From assembly GCA_029953675.1 (NCBI GenBank), contig JAMWBK010000006.1, positions 310,001-374,000 of the forward strand: a DNA stretch of 64,000 bases, read 5' to 3'. The notes beneath the pieces are model-generated. The model ran no database searches and was not told the DNA's origin. It was given only the letters and a program-made list of their open reading frames with translations. A program made the translations under genes and the position numbers. This DNA comes from Rhodosorus marinus CCMP1338 (lineage: Eukaryota > Plantae > Rhodophyta). Shown in pieces: positions 11,804-21,857 of the stretch; position 1 is the first letter of the stretch, and every line of letters begins with the position of its first letter.

Positions 11804-12436
11804 ATGTCTACGAACAAGATGGTTCGCCTCAATTCACTTATGTCAACCTCCAATTTGGTCTTGGAGGCAGTGTATGCCCACAAACGTGGACAAGGATTCA
11901 GTGTTAGTGAGAAAATGTTTGAAGAGTACCTGATGAAGCTCTCGCAGAGAACCTATCTCGTTGATCATCAAGTGGAGGTGCTGATTGAGTTCAACAGATC
12001 GGCGACTTATTACTTCGCCACAGATGTAGCAGCTGTCAGGAGACAATATTACTATTCGAGGCCAAGGCTACTTCGGGAATGGGGTTTGATGCGCAGAGAA
12101 GTCGCTTTCTTTCCGTAGTATCTCAAAACGAAATTTGTTCCGTTCCCATGCGTGTGCACCAGAGTTCGAAACTGGAAGAAGCTTCGCATACTCGCATAAC
12201 TCTAAAACTCTTCGAGAACAAGGTCAAACCACATGCCATCACATAATTCCCCTCAGGGTCACTGGTCCAGCGAATGGCTTCTGGTGGAACATATGTGAGT
12301 TCTACTCTCTAGTAGTTTTCGAACTCCGACGATGACAGCTGGGCCGTGGATGACCGTGTCACGCTCTGCCGTAGGTCCCTTGACAACGAGAGATCATTCT
12401 GAGATGCATCAGCGAAGAAACGACCCTTTCCTGTGA
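11804..12436 (+). CDS. HNH endonuclease B, bacterial polymorphic-toxin-like, 3 predicted exons (about 157 aa; 5' end uncertain)
   Basis: Exons 11804..12083, 12163..12294 and 12375..12436 join through introns GTTTGA..CACCAG (79 nt) and GTGAGT..CCGTAG (80 nt). The product reads ...RRQYYYSRPRLLREWEFETGRSFAYSHNSKTLREQGQTTCHHIIPLRVTGPANGFWWNICPLTTRDHSEMHQRRNDPFL*. Confidence 0.75.
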
Positions 12437-12799
12437 TCGAGCATCAGGTCATTTCCGCCGCAAGTGCGAGGTTTGTGAAAGGCTACAACCATAAAGCTTT
12501 GCCTGTTTGATGTATTGCAAGGACTTACGGATCCAAAGGCAAAGCTGGCTAGACAAGAAACAACTAGGATAATCGGAGGTAGACACTCTGCGTTCACCCG
12601 CACTCACTCTCACAAGCGAATGAATGCTCACAGTTCAACTCCCCAGATTGCGAACAATGTTCTCCTCTATTAAACTCAATGAACGAAGTCTTGGGTTCGA
12701 AGGGATACACCCTGGGTTTTGCTTCTAGAACCTTCCCAGTACACACCAATTCCTGTTCGCCCTATGGCAATGGTTTGGACGCTAGGAACACTTGCTCAT

Positions 12800-12990
12800 T
12801 TACACAGCTCGAAGAGTTTTTGATTTTGCAAGGTAGCCTCTCAGGTTGAACTCAGGAATGGGGTCGTCAGACGAGAGGAAACGACAAAGGATTGGGTCGG
12901 AGATGGCGAGCTTAACCCGCGATTGGAGGGTCCAATCAGCCTTGTTTCGCTCAGCGAGTACGGACTCTTGGATCCATAATTTGCTACTTC
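12800..12990 (-). CDS. Probable terminal exon of an unidentified gene (upstream exons unresolved, to about 13600)
   Basis: Open, protein-like frame SKLWIQESVLAERNKADWTLQSRVKLAISDPILCRFLSSDDPIPEFNLRGYLAKSKTLRAV* preceded by a TTTCCAG acceptor. No family recognised. Confidence 0.3.
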
Positions 12991-15008
12991 TGGAAACTCA
13001 ATCGGATAGAAACAACGTATCTGACCCTCAAAAGGCACGATCGATACCAGAACAGCCCTTCTCAGCTAGCAGCCTCTCAATCTGATGCTTTCGAGCTTGA
13101 AGTTTTGACTTTCGTGAAAGACGTCTAGACAGCACGGGTCAAAGCGGCGCCCAACAGAATCGGTTAGGGGCTCTCCAGAAACAAAAAAAAAATGAACGCA
13201 GAGCCCGCAAGTTTCAGACGCGTGCTTTCCAACCTCGGCCAGCCATAATGACAACGGCCACATCTGCGGATTGGCCCAAAACAAAAACTCGCGGACGCAG
13301 AGGATTGCCAGACTTAGAAGAGTAATTCCAGCAGTCACACTGAATGTTTGGTTAACAACCACTGCGTACCACTTACGAATCTAAATGGCAGCCCTAGGCA
13401 CCCTTGACAGCAACAAAAACACTTGTCAGCATTCGTGCGAAACTCAGCAACATTGGAAAATCATTCCAGCCGAATCCAAAACGTGCACCCCTGTGGAAGG
13501 GACTGCTTCCCACGAACCTGCCAAACTCTGACGTAATTGCTGTCTCCCGTCCTGAGCTCCTCTCTGCCAACCAGGCGGTCTATTGATACGCGTGGTTGGG
13601 GTTAGTCTCGTAGAACTGACATTTCAGCTTCTCATCCAAGCCGCAGGGTGAATTACCAGATGTTAGTCGCCATCTTAGGGCTGCTTCGGCTGAAGCGAGC
13701 CCATTACAGTATCCTTAATTGGGCAGCTGCCTAATGCAGCGCACCACTAATTCGACCATCTTAGGACTGCCCGGGCTGAAGCGAACCACAGCACGATCTT
13801 CGAGCGGTGGAAGGCGACTTCACCACTGTGCCGAAGGCCAGCAATGCTGCTCTTCCACCAGCAGTACCAAATGGCAAAACAAACCGGGTGCGCCATGCCG
13901 GATTTGGGACAGATGCGCTCTGTCAGTCACTTTCTTGCGCCCTTCCAAAAAACAAACCGTTTCAATTAACCAAAAAAATCGGTTCACGGAAAGTGTCATC
14001 TTTTTTTTTCAGAAATATAGATCAGAATGGAATACATAATATTATCGAATATTTAGGACCATGAACTCAAGTTGACTTTTAGGGATAACTTATCGTACTA
14101 TGAAAATAAGAAAAAAACGTCCTCGTTTCGGGCGTGAAAAAGAGAACTTTTTTGGTTAAGGGCAAGGTTGTTTTCTCGTAGAAATTTCTTCGCCCACGCT
14201 TTTTTCTCTTTTTTGGGGGGTGGGGAGTTGGGAGGGAATTCTTTCGACGACTTAGTGTGTGGAGCCGGATGGAGCTGGTGAAGTAGGTGAGGGACGCTGA
14301 GGCATTGCTTGCAACTCATTGCTTCAGCCTCAGTAGCTGCCAGGATGATTTCGCTGGAACCCACTACGACTGCAATTCCACTAGCAGTGGAATGGGTGCG
14401 TGGCCCCATAGAACCTTAACAAGTGGGAACGAAGTTGTCGAAGACATTGGTCGCAGGGTTCACAGGCGAGTACAAACCTCGCGAGCGCATTCAACAATTT
14501 TTAGTTTTCCGAGACTTGCGGGTACGGGCGGCAAATTTTGCAGCCTTCTCGGTAGATCGCAGTCCGGTTTCCATGTCTACCTGACGTGCTGATTGTTAGG
14601 TTCTACTTTGGTGATCCGGCAAAAGGAATACTTTCTCGGTCGGAGACGCTCCTTTTTTCTAGCCTACTAGTCACCAGCTCGAAGAGAGCCTAACCAGTAG
14701 GGTCGAACTAGAGCTGCGACTACCGAATCTATTTTCCACGTGTGCTTCATGCAGTGATTGTTAAGTTCTACCAGGGTTGCGATTGAATCCGATAGTTCAG
14801 ATAAACGGAAAAACTTTCGCGGTTTTAATTATAACAATAAATACTTGTACACAGCTCGTCCTTTAGCATTTTGCGAATTTACAAGCGAACCAATACATAG
14901 AATAGCAAATCTGGGCTTGTTCGCTGTTCAAAGCTTTGTTCAATAATCCATGCTCATCTACAATCCTTGGGAAATAGGAAGTCTTCCTCACGACGCTTCC
15001 CATCACGG

Positions 15009-15629
15009 CTATCTATTCCGCCAACCATCACCCGATACAACCAAGCCTGAGTTATAAGAGTTGTAATTGGTGGACCCAGAGCCAAAAGAGTTGTACGCTG
15101 AGCCAACCGAGTTGTAACTCGAGCCAATCGAGTTGTAATTTGAACCACCAATCGACGTAGACGAATCCGAGACCGAGCTGGTGTCGAGCATCCCCGTGAC
15201 GTTCGCCGGCTTGTGTTCAAATGTTCTGCGAGTCACCTCCTTTGGCGCCTTCACCCTTTGGAAGATGCCTTCATGTCGTCGTCCTCCGAACTTTGTGATT
15301 CCCGAACTGTCCACAGTAGCTACAGTATTCTTTTGATACTTCCTCAAAGTGTAATACCAGGTCATCACCTTCTCGTCAGTGTCCGCATACAAGTACACCT
15401 CTTCCCATTTGCAGGAAACAACCAGCATCCTCTTCGCCTGATACAACTGCAGCTTGCTTGTAGCAACGTTCAGACTCCACCACGCCGCCCCTCCCTCCGA
15501 CATATGCTTTGAGAGAATTCCCTTGCGAAACCTGAAGTACCTCTTCTTCTTTCCAAACCCTGTTCTCATCCACAACCAACCCATTATATCCTCCGGCAAG
15601 GAGTCCGCAATTCTTTGTATTCCGTCCAT
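15009..15629 (-). CDS. PH-domain protein with Ser/Gly/Asn/Tyr-rich tail
   Basis: IMGWLWMRTGFGKKKRYFRFRKGILSKH...VYLYADTDEKVMTWYYTLRK shows the PH beta1/beta2 pattern and the C-terminal helix with Trp. Intronless. Confidence 0.8.
   Translation of the reverse strand: MDGIQRIADSLPEDIMGWLWMRTGFGKKKRYFRFRKGILSKHMSEGGAAWWSLNVATSKLQLYQAKRMLVVSCKWEEVYLYADTDEKVMTWYYTLRKYQKNTVATVDSSGITKFGGRRHEGIFQRVKAPKEVTRRTFEHKPANVTGMLDTSSVSDSSTSIGGSNYNSIGSSYNSVGSAYNSFGSGSTNYNSYNSGLVVSGDGWRNR
15050..15145 (-). repeat. Imperfect 21-nt coding tandem repeat (YNSxGSx heptads)
   Basis: Plus-strand unit about GAGCCAA(C/T/A)(C/A)GAGTTGTA repeated 3-4 times; encodes NYNSIGSSYNSVGSAYNSFGSGSTNYNSYNS. Confidence 0.85.
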
Positions 15630-18600
15630 CCTCTCACCTTCATTCGTAAACAAATGTACCCAAAAGCTCTCTCTTTCCACAAATCTCCTACTTGCCCACC
15701 CTACGAATCCTTGTCCAGCCTTCTAGTTCCTCACCGTCTAATTATAAGTAGCGGTCATCTTACATATACTTAAAATTAAATACTGCACGTTGTGAGCATA
15801 TGTATACCCGATACCCCGGAGCGCCTCTTTTCGGATAACCCTCATCCCCGCACTAAACAGCCCTAGACCGACAAACTCTGATTGGAATAAATTCTACAGA
15901 TCAAGGGCCACCACAACTGAAAAAAAAACAGCCCTTTTCCGGGCTGCCATGAAATTTTCTCTCCGGAATAAGCACAAATTCATCAACATATTAGTAAAAT
16001 TCATGGAACTTTTCCTGAGACTTTGAAATTTCCCCTTACGGTGATTGGTGAACCAGTTAGTGGAACCCTTGTTGATTGGATTAAGTGTTAATAATTCGTT
16101 TACTTGTCACGGGACAGCGAAAAGCTCGCTGCTGAAAAAGTTTCAGCTTCTCCGGGGGTGTCGAGGGTTCCTTAAATTACGAACAATTCTGTCAAAAAAA
16201 GAGATCTGAGTGGGCAGCAAATCTTATTTTGGAAGATATAGTCCTCGTCGTTTCCAAAAAAAGCATTTTTAGATCAACCGCTGGTTTTCTTCGGAATTGG
16301 ATGCAAATAGAAAAAACGGAAATGTAAATATCCAAGCATGGCCCGAAAAATCTGGTTTTCAGAAGATTTTGTACATACCGTATCAGTCGTATATATACGT
16401 TGAGATGAAAATATAAGAAAGCGCGAGGGGGTGATGCGTGCCGTGCAAATCCATGAATTTTGTATTTCTATTTTTTTTCTCATTTTGAAGTGAACCCCCC
16501 TCCCCTCCTGTGTTAACTTTTTTGGGGTTCGGGCTGTGTAAATATTATTAAAGCTGAAGAAGCACTCGAGTACCATTGAAAGCCTCTGAAATTTTCACAA
16601 TAAAGGATCTTCGAATTTGTGTCAGCTAAACATGATCATAGCTAATGATAAAAGGTACCACCTCTGGATCAGTGAATGGGCTCGCTAGCAGGTGCTGCGA
16701 AGACAGCAAGTTCCTGAACGCAGCATTGCTGCATGGAAGCTATCTCCCTTGAGGACCAATGAAGTTTCGACGGTTCCCTAGATAATGCTCACAAAATTAC
16801 AAATATAGAATGTGTGAGCTCATCACCGCGTTGGCGATTGGAAAAACAGTGTGCGCTGCGATGGGTGGGGCCTGTTTAGTCCAAAAAAGGGGGAGCTATA
16901 TACCAATCATCCTCCCCTAGGAGACATTCAATCAATCCAGTCGATTGGGAATACCCCTTCGAGAAGCACGCTAGAGAAATATCAAGGACTAACATGGTAA
17001 AAAGCGCTCTGATAAAAGCGTTTGCTTGAACGCGCAGCCCGAGCATGTCCTTATTTAAGGAGAAAAACTAGACTATGTGGACTAATCAAGTTTCAGGCTG
17101 GTTGGCATATATCTTGGACACGAGCACGGGTTATGCAGGATACCTACTAGCACATCCGCAAGAAGACTTACATCGTGGCACAACTATTCTGATTGTTGCC
17201 AACCCCTGGCGGTGCAAAGTCTCCCGGAATTTTGACACTGTTCACTGTTTGTACAGCGGATATCTGCCCCTTCTTGATTTTTTGAGTATTGATGAAGAGT
17301 AATGCGTAACCCGATCATGTATCATTGTACCTGGGGGGGATTCTGGAGACTGACTTTGAAGCCCTACAAAATTGTTGGTATTTTGCATGGAGTCATGGGT
17401 AGTGGAGTCCCGGAATCGGATACGTATTCACAAGCATGAAGCCAGTTATACTCCAATCATGATCCAGCGTATCCTTGCCTCTGCCCAATCGATGTTCATT
17501 TATCCAATCAATTTCCATGAGGACAGCAAGGTTTTCCCAAAACACATATCTCTAGTCCAATTCAAATAACCTTAAACGATATCTTCGTATTTTGATTGAG
17601 TCGGTTTGGATATCCACGGCAATTATCTCTACGTACTTGAAACGACTCTCCATGAAAAAGGGAAGAAAACAAAAATCTCCTCCCGATCCCACCACACATG
17701 TTCTCCCACGCCTCTTCCAAACCCTGCAATCAATCCATTCTCAATCAACTTTTTCCGACGGAATCAATCCTGCTCTAAAACTCAGAAAACCTAAGATGGG
17801 GTTTTGCGGATGTCGATCAAGGTGTGCTATGCGAAATCACCTTCCAACAAGCTGATTCCAAACTAGGCTTTTTCCCGGCTTAAAAAAGAACAACCTATGT
17901 TACGGTTTCACTATTGTCAAATTTAAGTACAAGACTGTTAGGCTAACTTCCCTTCACAGCTTTCTAGAAATTGACTGTTGGAACTAAAGTAAGGTTGCGT
18001 AAATTCACTCAAGACTTAACTAAGTTAAGACAAGACGAAAATTGATTGCCCCTCCAACAAGGCCATAGGGCCATGCCAATCTATTGAAAATCTCGAAATT
18101 ACAATCTCAAGTTCGCCGAAAACTCTCTGATGTTTAATGCAGCCTTCCAGCTAGATTTAATAATGATAGCATAAATATATTTATAATACAAGTACGCAGA
18201 TAAATAAATCCGATATATTTAAATTCAAATTTGTCTTCTGAATGAAAAACTGGTCATCGGAAATTTTCTTTCTGACGATCAGTTGTTTGAAGGGGAAATC
18301 ACAAACTTTCGCCCTCCACCTCCCCCTGCTATAACGGGGAGATAGGGATGATTTCCATTTCATCACATCAAACAAAAGAAAATGCCGTGGAGATGGGAGC
18401 AAATCTGCAGCCAAGGTGGAAAACTTTGATCCTATTAGGAAGTTTTCCACCTTGGCTGCAGGTTTGCTCCCATTTCCTTTGCTATTAGTTTAGTTTTCAT
18501 AGGATTCTAGATCATCGCCGTATACTCGATTCCGTTGACTGCTACTCGCCAACATAAACGTGACGTTCATTTTTTTGATAAGTTTAGATTAGAGTAGGGT

Positions 18601-20284
18601 TATCTTTTTTTTCGTCTGATAAAATCGATAAAACATAATCTTGAATAAAGAAAGATAATACGCATATATTTGAATGAAATTTTTTGAAAACGTGAACGAT
18701 TACTCACAGCCGGGCAGGTTTTTCAAATATTTTTCCGTTCGAATTTCGTATTGTAGTTGTTTATTCGATCTTAAGTACAGTTGATTTTATCTCTAGGAAA
18801 AGGACGACCCCTAATTAGAGGTTTATGTTCTACCACTTTTCAACTCTCGCCGAAGCGTGATTCATAGAGGGGGGTAAGAGATTCCGGATATGTTCGCAGC
18901 GCCCTGATTATTTATGTGAATCTAGATCGTCGCCCTCCGTACTACTAGATAGAATATGCAAAAACGTTGTAAGCAGATAGGGACAAAAAGCTTTTTCTTG
19001 TTTCAATAAGACTAGATGAAAAATCCGGAGGATTCGCTCGATACGAATAGACAGCTGGAAAGGAAGTGTTTCAGAGATGCCAGGGGGACACTGCACGAAG
19101 CGTCGAAACGCGATGTCTAATCAACTGATGAGGTTGCTCCGGCAATGTCTGGTATGCTAATTACGTTCTTTTCTACATCTAGATTTCTAGTCTGTTGCTG
19201 GGACACAGAAGGAGTAGGCCTTGTCCAGAGGGTCGCGGGCGGGGGATTCTTCTTTTTTAGGTTCGGCTTAGAAGAGTAGTAATTGAAGATCAAGATCGGT
19301 GTGCCCTTTCCTACGGTCGGATGTGGGATGAAAAGGTCAACCCCGGACTCTCAATCGGGTTGGATCGCCGTACACCCTTCTTAAGGTATTCTATTTCGTT
19401 CCTTCCTCGCCGTCTTTGTTGTCGACGGGTTTGCTGTATTTACCGGGTTGTGCCCTGTTGGAAGGTGATTACGCGGCTGTCCTTGATCGAAATGGGCCTT
19501 TGCGCTAGAAGTCGTAAAGTTGCTTTGGAAGCATCGAAGCCACGGCCAGCTCTAGTATCCCGGATGTCTCCTACAGGCCCCGGCCATGCCTCCAAAAGAA
19601 AGCTGTTTCTTGTCTTATTTCCTAGTAGCAACGCAGCCTGGGGCTGGGATTCTGGGACAGTCCAAATGATCCGATTTCTACAGGTTGGCATGATCGCTTG
19701 CATGTCGAGGTGAAGTTACGGCTTACATAGGAAGTCTCGGGTCTGACTTGAGTGTCGTGGAGCCCCGCCAAACGCACTATCCAAAGGCGCATCAGAGTAC
19801 TTGCCTAAGAGTCATCTACGCTAACTACCACCACGTCCCGTCAGCGTGGGCCTGGAGCCTGGCGAGGCTGAACTTCACAACCGCGTCACTAAAAAGCTCG
19901 CAGATACGACTCCGAATAACGTCCATAAATCAAGTTCCAATTTACCTCGAGATAACAAATAAGAACACTGTGGTACATATTTCATGGTCGGTGCCACTCG
20001 AGCTTGGCAAGTCGTCGCATGTTTTGGGTGAAGTTTTGGTTATCCAAAACTCAATTCGTGTTCAACGCCGAGCATACCAGCGTACTCAAATCAACGTTGA
20101 GCGTGTCACCGATATGCTTTTCATCACGTGCTTTGTGTCTCATAGACTCACACGACTTCGGTTTGTGTGGAAGGAACGGGGGGAGGCGCAAACTAACTGT
20201 ACAGACATATATTTCACATCAGGAGTGTCTCGCCTGTTTCACACGCTCGGCAGACGCATTGGGTTCATGCCCTTGCTCCTGAGG

Positions 20285-21857
20285 TCAGAGCATTGGCGCT
20301 GAGCCTCGGTGCCCGATGTACTTGTTCTGCCGCATCAGCTGCATTCGAAGCAGAATCGCATCAACCTGTTCACAGCGGGAAACTCTCTGTTCAGACACTA
20401 CCTCCGACTGAGGTACCAAATCGAATGAAGCAAGAATACCTCCGCGAAGACGTCCTCTCCTGTGGCTATTGCTTCCTTGTAAGCGAGCGCCTTCCTGTTT
20501 TTGTTCTTTCGAAACAGAACCTTCTTCTCGGTATCAATTCTTGCCTTAATCTTGCCTTGCTCAATCAGTGCTGACAACTCCTCCAATACTGGTTCTGTAG
20601 TTGTGTTAAACGAGTTAGCGATTGCCTTCATATCCACCGATCTGTATGGCAGGCAGTACTGAATTAGGCCTTTTGAGCGGACCTCTCCTGGAAGACACGA
20701 TGCGGGAGGATTCCTTCAACGACTTCGGCTAGGGTGACAATTCAGTTTCTGTGAGAGGCTCCTTACCACAGAGTGCCTCCACGTGCGCAGAAAGATACAA
20801 ATCCAGAGCAAGGTCGGGCTTCATCCGCTCCAAGTAGCTAAGGCTGCTTGCATACTCTGAGTTGTAGAAATCCATGATCATCTCACGAACTTCTGGCACG
20901 AGTTCAAGAAACTTCCGGAAAGCCTCGTTCTTAATAATGTTGCTTTCAAGTTCCGCCCTGCTGAACGTGGCCAGTCCGCAAAGGCCTCCGTACAGAGCTA
21001 TATCGTCAAACGCAAGGGTCTCCCCGATGGCCTCCTTAGTGTCTTGCTCTGGATCCAGGCTAATCTGGCTGAATTCTTGGGCTGCTTCGTAGTAATCGCC
21101 TTTGACCAACGCCGCAAGACCGGAATAACACTTTACCCGTGAAACCACATTCTAAGAAATATGACTGAAGGAATTAGACAACAAGTACGCAGCTCGTTCA
21201 TAGAGAGATTCTCCAAGCGGCTTACCGATTCGCTGAAGGCTTCCGGTGCTTGCTGCGAAAGAGCGATTTGATGTTTTACCCCCTCAAACTCGCTTAGCAG
21301 AACATGTGTGTTGCAGATGGTGAGACACGCCTCGCTCAAGGTTAAATTGTTAAGAGTATCGACCCTGCTTTCCGTTCCGAACAAAGAAAGAAACGTATGA
21401 CTTAGAAATTGCCCCGATCTGGAGGTGCCAGGCCGTCTAATTCGTACTTGAGGATCTTTTTGTAGTACTTAAGAGCATTGGCAAAGTCTCCGCGACCGTA
21501 GTAGTACTCTGCGAGGTTTTTAGTACTCATTTGAATCGATCGTGTTATCTGCTGAGCTCTGTTGTTCTCCAGCTCTCCCTGCAGGGACGCGTGTCGTAAC
21601 TGGCCCTGACTCTCAATTCCTTTAACCCATTCCGAATCAAACAAACTCTCCTCTGGTATCCTACCATTCGCCATAGCAAAAACTTCCTTGTACAGTGAGG
21701 TATTCTGCCCTTTCTTCAGCTCTCTAAAAAGTATCCGAATAGCTTCCAGTTCAAGCCGTTCAGAGTTCGACGCAATGAACTTGAGCCGGACAAGCCTCCC
21801 GTGGGGGGGATACTTGGACGCATACTGCTCCAAATCAAACGAATCCGCCTCGGCCAT
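20285..21857 (-). CDS. CSN1: COP9 signalosome subunit 1 (PCI domain), multi-exon
   Basis: FDLEQYASKY..RLVRLKFIA, ELKKGQNTSLYKEV, DIALYGGLCGLATFSRAEL, FRKFLELVPEVREMIMDFYNSEYAS, LIEQGKIKARIDTEKKVL, final exon VDAILLRMQL..APML*. Confidence 0.95.

Noticed and set aside
17465-17555. Minus-strand DMCFGKTLLSSW..*MNIDW resembling the Ty3/gypsy protease-adjacent DxILGxxWL...IDW motif
   Set aside because: Short, interrupted and low identity, with no RT, integrase or LTR nearby.
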